Source of the DNA: Nitrospiraceae bacterium
GTDB taxonomy: Bacteria > Nitrospirota > Nitrospiria > Nitrospirales > Nitrospiraceae
Assembly: GCA_039916745.1 (NCBI GenBank)
Contig: JBDSKU010000477.1
Span: 1 to 28,207 of the forward strand
Length of the DNA: 28,207 nt
Reading direction: 5' to 3'
Positions 7,517 through 16,659 of this stretch are shown here, piece after piece. Below the pieces are notes generated by a model. It saw only the letters and a program-made list of their open reading frames with translations, ran no database searches and was not told the origin of the DNA. The translations under genes were made by a program, and so were the position numbers. Positions within the stretch are counted from its first letter, which is position 1. Each line of letters starts with the position of its first letter.

Positions 7517-8507
7517 GGCCGGACTTCTCTTTGATTCGTTCGCAAATCTCTTGCGCCGCGAGCGCTGACCGACCCGTACTTGCCAACTCGGCCCCACTGC
7601 CTAATGCCTCGTGAATGTTACTAACAGCGCCGAGCATGGCTAAGAGGTAGCCCCCTGCATGCCGCTCGCCTACGTCGAGGGTTCGATATCCCAGAAAATG
7701 CGGACTCTCATTCGTGCGGCGTACCCGCCATGCCAACCCCCCTTCCTCCATGGTCAGCACCCCCCGCTCCGTAACAATCTGCAACTCGAATAAAGCGAAG
7801 TCGCTTGCATGGCCACAAACCAGGTGAATTGGTATGGTCTCGACCCCGGAGAGAATTGCAGGAACTGACGGATCATCGGGCAGGCCATCCCATACCGGAG
7901 TCCCTGTTGCCACGACACTCACAGGACCTAGCAGATGATGGAGCAAGTCGATCATGTGGGATCCGTTATTGAGAACCCCCTTATTGTACAGACCCACGAC
8001 TGTGCGAACTGACCCCCAAACACCGCTGGCCAGTTCGCGGCGAATACGCGTGATCTCCGGATCCCAACGACGCGTGTGGTTTATCACCAGGGGTACGCCG
8101 GCCGCTTCGCAGGACTGAACCAGCTCGGCCGTCGTTGCAGCACTTGGCGTGACGGGCTTTTCGCAAAAGATCACGCGAGGCTCCAGGCGAAGCGCAGCAA
8201 GAACATCGCTGGCGTGACAGTCCGTCGGCGAACAGATACTGACCACATCGAAACGGGAACCGGACTCGACCAGAGCATCCATTGAGGAATGGCCACTAGC
8301 GATGCCCCAATGGCGCATGAACTCCCTACGACGAGTCTCGTCGGGATCTACACAGGCCGACAACCGATACCGCCCATGACGTCTGAATGCACCTGCGTGG
8401 GTGCATGGTGCGGCATCTGGTGCACGAGCAGCATCAAAGCCGCCGGCAATATTGCCGCAGCCAACGATCAGAACAGCAAGCGCATCAGAACGCGTAGCAA
8501 TCGGCAT
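7506..8507 (-). CDS. Gfo/Idh/MocA family NAD-dependent oxidoreductase
   Basis: VLIVGCGNIA, DVVSICSPTDCH, IFCEKP, NHTRRW, NGSHMIDL. Confidence 0.9.
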   Translation of the reverse strand: MPIATRSDALAVLIVGCGNIAGGFDAARAPDAAPCTHAGAFRRHGRYRLSACVDPDETRRREFMRHWGIASGHSSMDALVESGSRFDVVSICSPTDCHASDVLAALRLEPRVIFCEKPVTPSAATTAELVQSCEAAGVPLVINHTRRWDPEITRIRRELASGVWGSVRTVVGLYNKGVLNNGSHMIDLLHHLLGPVSVVATGTPVWDGLPDDPSVPAILSGVETIPIHLVCGHASDFALFELQIVTERGVLTMEEGGLAWRVRRTNESPHFLGYRTLDVGERHAGGYLLAMLGAVSNIHEALGSGAELASTGRSALAAQEICERIKEKSGLVR

Positions 8508-8543
8508 GGATGCTCAGTTCATCTCCCGGCGCCTTCGTCTGAT

Positions 8544-9605
8544 TCACACTAACAACTCCCACCCAAGCGCCGTTCCTCGCTGCACATCCTTGCTGACCCG
8601 TCTCCCCAGCACGTGCTCAAGATATTTCGGCGCCAACCCCAGCCCCGGTCGAATAGCGCGCACATTCTCATCAGTCAACAGATCCCCTGCTTTAATGTCC
8701 CGAACCACGTAGAGTGATCGCCGGAACTGGATCGACTGCTTCTCCGCTTCCAAGGGACCGTAACTCACCTGCCCCAGCGCCTGCCAGGCACTTGTGGTTT
8801 CGATCACGAGTTGCGCCATTTCAGCTGGTTCCATGGAGAAGGTGCTGTCGACGCCACCATCGGCACGGTTGAGGGTGAAATGCTTTTCAATCACGGTGGC
8901 GCCCAGTGCGACACCGGCCACCGCAACGCCGACCCCCATGGTGTGATCGGACAGTCCCACTTCACAGTCGAAGAGTTCGCGCAGGTGCGGGATGGTCAGA
9001 AGGTTCGTATTCTCGGGCGTAGCCGGGTAGGTGCTGGTACACTTGAGCAGGACCAGATCCTTGCAGCCAGCCTCACGTGCGGCGCAAACAGTTTCGTCCA
9101 ACTCGGCTATAGTGGCCATGCCGGTAGAGATGATCAGCGGCTTGCCGGTAGCAGCGACCCGGCGAATCAGCGGCAGGTCGGTATTCTCGAAGGATGCGAT
9201 CTTGTAGCACGGCACATCCAGGCTTTCGAGAAAATCTACCGCCGTGTCATCGAAGGGCGTGCTGAATGGAATCATGCCCAATCCTCGTGCCCGGTCGAAG
9301 ATGGGCTTGTGCCACTCCCACGGAGTATGGGCTTTGCTATAGAGCTCGTAGAGCGACGTGCCCGCCCACAGGCTCTTGGGATCGCTGATGTGAAACTCCT
9401 GCTCGTCCAGATCGATCGTCATCGTATCTGGCGTATAGGTCTGGATTTTCAGCGCATGGGCACCAGCCCTGGCAGCAGCCTCGACGATTTCAAGCGCCCG
9501 CTCAAGCGATTGATTATGATTGCCGGACATTTCGGCGATGATAAAAGGCGTAGAGGCGCAACCGACAAGGCGACCGGCAATCCTTACGTGAGAGCGCTTA
9601 TTCAT
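8544..9605 (-). CDS. pseI: Pseudaminic acid synthase
   Basis: PFIIAEMSGNHNQS, KIQTYTPDT, AHTPWEWH, FSTPFD, YKIASFE, LLKCTSTYP, GLSDHT, IEKHFTL, C-terminal SAF domain (RRSLYVVRDIKAGD...RPGLG). Start corrected to ATG 9605 (GGGGAG SD, 8-nt overlap). Confidence 0.93.
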   Translation of the reverse strand: MNKRSHVRIAGRLVGCASTPFIIAEMSGNHNQSLERALEIVEAAARAGAHALKIQTYTPDTMTIDLDEQEFHISDPKSLWAGTSLYELYSKAHTPWEWHKPIFDRARGLGMIPFSTPFDDTAVDFLESLDVPCYKIASFENTDLPLIRRVAATGKPLIISTGMATIAELDETVCAAREAGCKDLVLLKCTSTYPATPENTNLLTIPHLRELFDCEVGLSDHTMGVGVAVAGVALGATVIEKHFTLNRADGGVDSTFSMEPAEMAQLVIETTSAWQALGQVSYGPLEAEKQSIQFRRSLYVVRDIKAGDLLTDENVRAIRPGLGLAPKYLEHVLGRRVSKDVQRGTALGWELLV

Positions 9606-10245
9606 TCTCCCCTTTTTCAATCGTGAGCAGATACCGCTTGCCGCGATAGTCAAAGAACGCTGGATACCTCGTATTATCTACAACTCGCAGCAAATCAAAT
9701 TGCTCTGCCAGCGTTTTATTGGGATCGAGTCGGCTGTCTTTTGATGTTCTTTTCGGCATATACGGTCCAGGATCACCGCACTGTGCCGTCGGCGTGATCG
9801 CCCCAAACTGCTCCACAGCCTGTGTCATCAGCGATAGTTCGGCGGCAAAGAGCTTTTCATTGATTTCAGGAAGAAGCTCATGGCCTTCAAGGAAGAACTC
9901 TGTCTTAATCCAAATTGCACCACTATCGACAGGATCATTTGCCTCCAGGAGACAAAGAGTGATCTGATTCGCTCCGCTCAGGATTGCCCAAACATATGGA
10001 GACCACCCCCTGCCCTTCGGCAAATCGCTGGCATGCAGGACGAGCGTAGCCCTATATTTGGTTCGTTCTGCGCCTCGAATGATCTGGCTGCAAGAAACAA
10101 GAAAGAGAATATCTCCACCCTGTAACCCCGCTTTGTCATAACACAGTACGGCGGTATGCCCCCTGAAAGACATCTCGGCAATCCAGCCCCCAAGACTCTT
10201 GACTACAGGATGACTGGGATCGGTGCAGAGTACGGAAATTTCCAT
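9598..10245 (-). CDS. Formyltransferase-family protein (putative sugar N-formyltransferase, PseJ-like role)
   Basis: LFLVSC, LVLHASDLPKGRGWSP (variant of HxSLLPxxRG), LLEANDPVDSGAI (DxG), C-terminal YMPKRT...FDLLRVVDNTRYPAFF. Start corrected to ATG 10245. Confidence 0.8.
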   Translation of the reverse strand: MEISVLCTDPSHPVVKSLGGWIAEMSFRGHTAVLCYDKAGLQGGDILFLVSCSQIIRGAERTKYRATLVLHASDLPKGRGWSPYVWAILSGANQITLCLLEANDPVDSGAIWIKTEFFLEGHELLPEINEKLFAAELSLMTQAVEQFGAITPTAQCGDPGPYMPKRTSKDSRLDPNKTLAEQFDLLRVVDNTRYPAFFDYRGKRYLLTIEKGENE

Positions 10246-10246
10246 A

Positions 10247-11323
10247 TCAATAGCCCAATGCTTGACAGAGCCTAGCACTACCCAGCCCATCAACGAGCGC
10301 ATAGGATTTTTCGGACAATGCCGCTAAACGACTTTGGTCATTCATCAAATCAAGAATTGCCCTGCGCATCAATGGCGCACTGGCTATCTCTAGCTTGCCG
10401 AGATAGATATTCGCACCCAACAGATCCAGTGTTCTCGCGATGTCAATTTGGTTGTCAGCCAGCGCAACAATCAATGCGGGCAGACCCACACAACACCGCT
10501 CCCAACTAGCAGCCCCCCCTGCCCCGATCGCCAAGTCGGCAGCCGCCATTAACTCAGCCATCCGAGCAGTTTGAACATGGCACGTAAAGCGGTGCTGAGC
10601 GCTTTCAGACTCAATCTGCTCACGACAAGGATGCTGCGCACCGATCACGACGTCCACATGCAAGTCGTAACCGCCGATATGAGCTAGTGCCTCGACGGCC
10701 CGAGCTGTGCAATTGCCAGCATCCACGCCGCCGAAAAACACCAGCACACGCGTGACCGGCCCTGTACGCGGCGTGACCTGCTCACGCAATTGACGGAACT
10801 TCTCGCGCAGCAACGCGTGGCGTGGGCCTAATAATAGCCTGCAATGCGCGGGCACTTTGCCGGTGTAACGGGTGTCCATGTCCGCATAGAGATTCTGATC
10901 CAACAGGACATCGCAGTCGTGCTGACGATTCGCGATGTCATCGATGGCCAGAATATTCTTGGCCGTTTGCCGAAGTGCGGACTCCCAACGAGCATCCAAG
11001 GCATAGTGGTCGACAACCAGCCAGTCCCAGGTTTGATCGGACAGCGCCTGGACGGTGGCTTGCGCATCAACGTGCTGGCTGGTGCCAAGCCAGTGGGACT
11101 GAGCCAGATCGCCTGAGATCGCCTCGCTTGAGCTGCTATTGAGCGGCATGAACTCATGCTCCTTTGCCGCCAGCATGTCCCTTAAATGCCCTGGCAGGTG
11201 ACGACTGAGAACGCGGATCTGTGTGCCGCGTTGTTTCAGTGCGTCCGCTAAGGTCAGGCAACGCATGAAATGACCGGTGCCGATTTGACGTGAGGCATCG
11301 ACGCGAAAGACGACTCTTCTCAT
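10247..11323 (-). CDS. pseG: UDP-2,4-diacylamido-2,4,6-trideoxy-beta-L-altropyranose hydrolase
   Basis: VFRVDASRQIGTGHFMRCLTLA, LVVDHYALD, AIDDIA, LLGPRHALLR, VFFGGVD, ADLAIGAGGAASWERCCVGLP, ADNQ. Confidence 0.92.
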   Translation of the reverse strand: MRRVVFRVDASRQIGTGHFMRCLTLADALKQRGTQIRVLSRHLPGHLRDMLAAKEHEFMPLNSSSSEAISGDLAQSHWLGTSQHVDAQATVQALSDQTWDWLVVDHYALDARWESALRQTAKNILAIDDIANRQHDCDVLLDQNLYADMDTRYTGKVPAHCRLLLGPRHALLREKFRQLREQVTPRTGPVTRVLVFFGGVDAGNCTARAVEALAHIGGYDLHVDVVIGAQHPCREQIESESAQHRFTCHVQTARMAELMAAADLAIGAGGAASWERCCVGLPALIVALADNQIDIARTLDLLGANIYLGKLEIASAPLMRRAILDLMNDQSRLAALSEKSYALVDGLGSARLCQALGY

Positions 11324-11359
11324 GCGCCAAGCCTTAAAACAGAAATGCTCCGTGCGGAT

Positions 11360-12058
11360 TCAGTCATCCTGGATCTGAGAAATGGCCTTCATCATCAACT
11401 CGGCTCGTCGCCAATCTGCCTCGGTGTCGATATCCTGTACCCGCCAGCGTGGAATGATGACCGGGAAAGAATGCCGATCGAAAATTCGTTTGCGCTCTAT
11501 CCAGGCAGTAGGCCGTCCCCAGTAGAACTGCCCGGCATCGTGCAGCGCCATAGGAAGATCCTGCGAACGGGTGGAGAACTGATCCGGAAAGAACATTTCA
11601 AGCCCGCCGTCAGGGTGGAGATGGAAAGAACGGAAAATGGGCGCAGCAAACTCTGTGACTGTAAACGCATAAGCCCAGGGACCAGACTGCAGCGCCACAA
11701 GACCACGGTTGAGATCCTCAACGCGCACAAAGGGTGCAGTGGCATAGAGACAGCAGACGGCTTCGACCGGCCACTGTTGGTCAAGCATCCATTGGGTGGC
11801 ATGAGCGATCACGTCAGTCGTGCCTGCGAAGTCATTGGATAACTCCACTGGCCGCAGGAAAGGCACCTCGGCTCCAAAGGCTTTGGCCACTTCGGCGATT
11901 TCGCAATCGTCCGTAGAGACAAGGATGCGATCGAACAAATTGCTCTCGCAAGCTGCTGCAATGGAATGAGCAATCATGGGTTTTCCTGCAAAGGGCTTGA
12001 TATTCTTGCGCGGAATGCGCTTGGATCCACCACGAGCGGGGATGACGGCTATTTTCAT
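11360..12058 (-). CDS. pseF: Pseudaminic acid cytidylyltransferase
   Basis: IAVIPARGGSKRIPRKNIK, VSTDD, PFLRP, CCLYATAPF, RSQDL, HDAGQFYWG, QDIDTEADW. Confidence 0.93.
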   Translation of the reverse strand: MKIAVIPARGGSKRIPRKNIKPFAGKPMIAHSIAAACESNLFDRILVSTDDCEIAEVAKAFGAEVPFLRPVELSNDFAGTTDVIAHATQWMLDQQWPVEAVCCLYATAPFVRVEDLNRGLVALQSGPWAYAFTVTEFAAPIFRSFHLHPDGGLEMFFPDQFSTRSQDLPMALHDAGQFYWGRPTAWIERKRIFDRHSFPVIIPRWRVQDIDTEADWRRAELMMKAISQIQDD

Positions 12059-13218
12059 GCTCTCGTCGCCAGTCGCAAAGCAGCCACAACCAGGTCCTGT
12101 TGCGCTTCCGTCAGCCCCGGGTACATCGGCAAACTAATCGCCTCCGCATAATAGTTTTCGGCCTGCGGAAAATCGCTCAAATTGAACCCTAAGCGCGCAT
12201 AGTAGGGCTGCCGATATACCGGGATGTAATGCAGGTTCACGCCGATACCGCTGGCCCGCATATATTCAAACACCTCTCGCTGGCTACCCTTCATACTATC
12301 CAGCCGCAAACGGACAACGTATAGATGTAAGGCAGAGTAACTTTCCGCATGTTGCCACGGTGTAGTGACGGGCAGACCTTTTAGCCACTTGTCATAACAC
12401 GCTGCCAGAACATGTCGCTTGCCGACATACTCATCTATACGTTGCATTTGGCTCAGTCCCAGCGCTGCCTGAAAATCTGTCATCCTGTAATTGAAACCTA
12501 ATTCGAGCTGCTGGTAGTACCAGGGGCCGTCGGAAGCGTGGGTCATCTCAGCTGCATCCCGAGTGATGCCATGGCTGCGCAGATGCACCATGCGCTTGGC
12601 CAGTTCAGAATCATTGGTGAGCGCCATACCACCCTCACCGGTCGTGATGATCTTGACCGGATGAAAACTGAACACTGTGACATCGCTGTAGCGACCGTTG
12701 CCAATGGGCTCACCCCGGTACCTGCCCCCAATGGCATGTGAAGCATCCTCAATGATCTTGAAACCATAGCGTTGACTCAATGCATGGATGCCGGCCATAT
12801 CGCACGATTGACCACACAAGTGTACCGGGATCACCACTTTAGGCAAGCAACCTGACTTCTCCGCTTGCGTCAACTTCTCCGCCAATCTTTCTACGCTTAG
12901 GTTGTACGTGAGCGGATCGATATCCACAAAATCAACCCGCGCACCACAATAGCGTGCACAGTTAGCACTGGCCACAAAGGTGATGGGGCTGGTCCATACC
13001 CAATCACTTGCCCCCACGCCCAGCGCAAGGCAGGCAATATGCAATGCACTAGTAGCACTGTTAACCGCTACCGCATACTGCGCGCCGCAGTAACCAGCAA
13101 TAGCTTTTTCAAACGCTGGTACGGCAGGGCCTTGAGTAAGGAAGTCCGAACGCAACACATCCACTACCGCCTGGATGTCGGCTTCGGAAATGTCTTGGCG
13201 TCCGTAGGGGATCATCAT
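12055..13218 (-). CDS. pseC: UDP-4-amino-4,6-dideoxy-N-acetyl-beta-L-altrosamine transaminase
   Basis: IPYGRQDI, LTQGPAV, NSATSALH, EDASHAIG, FSFHPVKIITTGEGG, LRSHGITR, LGFNYRMTD; ATGA overlap with pseF. Confidence 0.93.
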   Translation of the reverse strand: MMIPYGRQDISEADIQAVVDVLRSDFLTQGPAVPAFEKAIAGYCGAQYAVAVNSATSALHIACLALGVGASDWVWTSPITFVASANCARYCGARVDFVDIDPLTYNLSVERLAEKLTQAEKSGCLPKVVIPVHLCGQSCDMAGIHALSQRYGFKIIEDASHAIGGRYRGEPIGNGRYSDVTVFSFHPVKIITTGEGGMALTNDSELAKRMVHLRSHGITRDAAEMTHASDGPWYYQQLELGFNYRMTDFQAALGLSQMQRIDEYVGKRHVLAACYDKWLKGLPVTTPWQHAESYSALHLYVVRLRLDSMKGSQREVFEYMRASGIGVNLHYIPVYRQPYYARLGFNLSDFPQAENYYAEAISLPMYPGLTEAQQDLVVAALRLATRA

Positions 13219-13220
13219 CT

Positions 13221-14219
13221 TCAGAACTTACCGAGCTTGTCGCGGTTCTGAGCAATCCAAGTCCGCAAAGTCTCGATGCTCATCCAGTCGGTGTTGTTAT
13301 CCGAGCAGTAGATAAAGTCCGGCGCGACCTTTTTCCCGCCGTTGATACGCTCGGGATCTTCGCTCCATTTATAAATCGCAGGAAGAATCTTATAGTGATC
13401 CTTGTATTCGTACGTATACAGCGCGTCCTCAGAGCCGATCATCTGCTCGTGGAGCTTTTCGCCGGGCCGGACTCCGACAATGTCTTGGCGTACATCGGAC
13501 GCAACTGCACGGGCAATATCGGTCACCTTCATCGAAGGGATCTTCTTCACATAGATCTCCCCGCCGACCATGTCCTCAAGCGCATGCCAGACGAGATCCA
13601 CCCCCTGCTCAAGCGTAATCATGAAACGAGTCATGCGCTCATCCGTAATTGGCAGTACCCCTTTGTCGGCGATGGAAAGAAAAAACGGGATTACTGAGCC
13701 CCGCGAACCCATCACATTGCCGTAACGAACCACTCCAAAACGGGAGTCGTGGTGGCCGGCGTAAGAGTTGCCTGCAACGAATAGCTTATCGGAGGTCAGT
13801 TTTGTTGCACCGTAAAGATTGGCCGGGCTACTCGCTTTATCGGTCGAAAGTGCGACGACTCGCTTTACCTTTCGATCGATGCACGCATCGATCAGATTCA
13901 TCGCACCCAGCACATTGGTCTTCACGCACTCAAATGGGTTGTACTCGGCCGTAGGCACAATCTTGGTAGCTGCGGCATGAACCACGTAATCAATGCCGTC
14001 GAGAGCACGCAAGAGACGCTCTTTATCGCGCACATCACCGATGAAAAACCGCACCCGTTCGTCGGCACTGAACAGTTTGGCCATCTCCCACTGCTTCATC
14101 TCATCGCGCGAGAATATGACAAGCCTGCGAGGATTATATTTGGCCAACGTCATGGGCACAAAAGTGTGCCCAAAGGAGCCGGTACCACCTGTCACTAAAA
14201 TTGACTTGTCATTCAGCAT
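13221..14219 (-). CDS. pseB: UDP-N-acetylglucosamine 4,6-dehydratase (inverting)
   Basis: TGGTGSFG, FSRDEMKQ, GDVRD, HAAATKIVP, AEYNPFECVKTN, STDKA, YGATK, RYGNVMGSRGSVIPFF, RPGEKLHE. Confidence 0.95.
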   Translation of the reverse strand: MLNDKSILVTGGTGSFGHTFVPMTLAKYNPRRLVIFSRDEMKQWEMAKLFSADERVRFFIGDVRDKERLLRALDGIDYVVHAAATKIVPTAEYNPFECVKTNVLGAMNLIDACIDRKVKRVVALSTDKASSPANLYGATKLTSDKLFVAGNSYAGHHDSRFGVVRYGNVMGSRGSVIPFFLSIADKGVLPITDERMTRFMITLEQGVDLVWHALEDMVGGEIYVKKIPSMKVTDIARAVASDVRQDIVGVRPGEKLHEQMIGSEDALYTYEYKDHYKILPAIYKWSEDPERINGGKKVAPDFIYCSDNNTDWMSIETLRTWIAQNRDKLGKF

Positions 14220-14410
14220 GACATTTCCATCCCATCAACTGTTAACGATTTAACGCCCCCGCTGATATCGATCTCGCCCGACTCGGCCTGCAAAGTAAGG
14301 CACATACCCAGCGCCACCATGTGGCATCTCTTATTGCGCATGAGAACCCCGTGATCGCCCGGTGACGAATCGATGGTTCTGCTCGTCTTGGCGTGATTGC
14401 GTAGGTTCTA

Positions 14411-15139
14411 TCAGGAAGATGCCTTCTCCAGCACGACGAGGATGCGAAAGGCGACGTATCGACTCAATAGGCCCAGGAGGCGTTCAAGAGCTAGGAGGGA
14501 ACGTGCCATCCACATGGGCATCAAAGAAGGATGGTCAAAGCCTCCACTGAGTGGATAAGCGAAGAAGGCCAATCGGTGGTGCCGGAGTTTCTTCAAAGCT
14601 GGATACAGCTCATGAAACCGTCGGCGTGATCGTTCGAACAGGATCGTCGCAATGGCCTGGTTCGCGTCAAATGGTTTTCGGGCAGACCTCGTAGGGCTCA
14701 AGGCAAAAGGATCTTGACTGAAATCCACCGGCTCTGGATGCAGGAAATGGTAGACGGGCCACGAGCAGACCGAGATATATGGGTCCATAATGATGATGCG
14801 GCCGCCAGGCCGCAGCACACGGAGTGCCTCATCGAAGAAGTATCGAACATTTTCAAGATGGTGCAGGGTGTCAAAAAGCACGATGTTGGCAAAACTCCCG
14901 TTTGTGAATGGGAGCCGCTGCGCATCCACGACAGCGTCTAACCACGGCAACCTGACGATATCGGTACAGATCACGGACGGCGCACATTCCTTGAGATTCC
15001 CTGTCCCACCACCGACTTCGAGGGTCGGTCCCGGCTGAAGCCATCCGGCAATCTCTCGATACCATTCCCCGTAGAGCATCCGGAGCACGGGCTTCTCCTG
15101 CCAGACCATCTGGTGCCGCCGTAAAATCTCATCGGACAT
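14411..15139 (-). CDS. Class I SAM-dependent methyltransferase
   Basis: LEVGGGTG (motif I), VDAQRLPF, FDTLHHL, VLRPGGRIIIMDP. Start corrected to ATG 15139 (TAATG overlap with upstream stop). Confidence 0.85.
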   Translation of the reverse strand: MSDEILRRHQMVWQEKPVLRMLYGEWYREIAGWLQPGPTLEVGGGTGNLKECAPSVICTDIVRLPWLDAVVDAQRLPFTNGSFANIVLFDTLHHLENVRYFFDEALRVLRPGGRIIIMDPYISVCSWPVYHFLHPEPVDFSQDPFALSPTRSARKPFDANQAIATILFERSRRRFHELYPALKKLRHHRLAFFAYPLSGGFDHPSLMPMWMARSLLALERLLGLLSRYVAFRILVVLEKASS

Positions 15140-16611
15140 TACACAGCCTTCAGCCGGAAGAAACCATACACCGTCATCTTCAGCAGGAGCCACCCATGCG
15201 TAAAGCGATGGATATTGGTGGTCCCGTAGGTTCGCTCCTGGTAACGGATGGGCACTTCGAGAATCTTGAGATTGAGCTTGGACGCCCCGAACAGCAGATC
15301 GAAATCACCGAAGGGATCGAACTCGCCGAAATATGATCGATTCGCGACAATGCGTTCATAGTCACTTCGGAACAATACTTTCGTTCCACAGAGCGTGTCC
15401 TTAATCCGTTCACCGAGCAACCAGGAAAACGCCATGCTGAAAAACTTATTCCCCAACAGATTCAGATAGCGCATGGCCTCGTGTTCCATGGGATAGACCA
15501 GTCGGCTTCCATTGATGAACTCCCCCTTGCCGCTCGTAATCGCCTCATATAATTTAGGGAGGTCTTCTGGAGGCATCGTGAGATCCGCATCGAGAATCAT
15601 GAGAATGTCCCCCGTGGCATGCATAAAGCCCTTGCGCACGGCGTCGCCCTTGCCCTTTCCATCTTGCACGAGCAACGTGATGTCTTTCTCAGGATATTGC
15701 GCGATCACCCGCTGAATCTCATCGGGAGTTCCATCCGTCGAATGGCCATCGACGAAGATAACCTCTTGATGACGGCCAAAAGAAGGAAGACGCGCGACAG
15801 CCGCCTCGATGTTCCCCTTTTCATTGCGGCAGGGGATGACGACCGTCACCGTCTGCGGTTCATGCGTAGTCGCGGTGCGCATCCTGGCCACCATATAGTG
15901 ACAGAGGCACAGATGCGTCAGTCCTGGAAGATAGGCTAGCAGCCGGTTCACGATGCTCGAAAGAATCGGGATGCCCAGAGGCATCAACAGACGCCGTTCC
16001 GCCTTCACAACCTCAAAGTCGGCCAGCCTGAGAAGATTTCTGATATCCGCAGGCGAAAGCCAGTTTTGCTCCTCTTGCGGCATTTTCAGGCCCACCTGCT
16101 CCAACAAGCCCAAGAAGGGTTCCCACAAAAAATTGTAGTAGGCCACGACGATACGGGTTGTGGGCGTGCAACAGCGACGGAGCTGCTTCAACGTCGCTTC
16201 AATGTCGAGCACATGTCCGACGAGATCGACGAGGAGAATGACATCGAAGGTCTCATCGAGTGCCAGCGCTTCTCCATCTCCGATCAGAAATTCTAATTCC
16301 GGATGGCGCCTGGACGCTTCCCTGACCATGGCCTCACTGAGATCAATACCTAATCCCCGCCGTGGCTTGAGCGCCGCAAGCTGATCACCCAACCCGCATC
16401 CAATTTCCAACACCCTCATGCCCTCCGGTATCAAAAACCGGAGATAGCGGCGCTGATCGCTGTAATAGCAGGACGCCCGCCGTTGCCACACTTCTCGTTC
16501 CGATGCTAACCGGTCGAATCGATCCCGAATGGCCTGCTTCTTGAGCATCGCTCTCTGGCCAAGAGACGGTGAAGGGGAAAGCTGCGGAGATACAGCGGCT
16601 GGGTTCATCAT
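15139..16611 (-). CDS. Bifunctional class I SAM methyltransferase / GT2 (DPM1/ArnC-like) fusion
   Basis: N-half VLEIGCGLG, GIDLS, FDVILLVD; C-half VVIPCRNE, FVDGHSTDGT, GKGKGDAVRKG, ILDADL, GSRL, DTLCGTK. Alternative start ATG 16548. Confidence 0.88.
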   Translation of the reverse strand: MMNPAAVSPQLSPSPSLGQRAMLKKQAIRDRFDRLASEREVWQRRASCYYSDQRRYLRFLIPEGMRVLEIGCGLGDQLAALKPRRGLGIDLSEAMVREASRRHPELEFLIGDGEALALDETFDVILLVDLVGHVLDIEATLKQLRRCCTPTTRIVVAYYNFLWEPFLGLLEQVGLKMPQEEQNWLSPADIRNLLRLADFEVVKAERRLLMPLGIPILSSIVNRLLAYLPGLTHLCLCHYMVARMRTATTHEPQTVTVVIPCRNEKGNIEAAVARLPSFGRHQEVIFVDGHSTDGTPDEIQRVIAQYPEKDITLLVQDGKGKGDAVRKGFMHATGDILMILDADLTMPPEDLPKLYEAITSGKGEFINGSRLVYPMEHEAMRYLNLLGNKFFSMAFSWLLGERIKDTLCGTKVLFRSDYERIVANRSYFGEFDPFGDFDLLFGASKLNLKILEVPIRYQERTYGTTNIHRFTHGWLLLKMTVYGFFRLKAV

Positions 16612-16659
16612 GCAACGGCCAAATGTCGGGAAAGGAGCATACGATCGTGGAACAGATGC

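Noticed and set aside
14213-14341. 42-codon minus ORF (MRNKRCHMVALGMCLTLQAESG...) ending across the pseB start
   Set aside because: Weak SD, no motif, and a length expected by chance in a 190-bp gap; only the overlap with pseB is suggestive.
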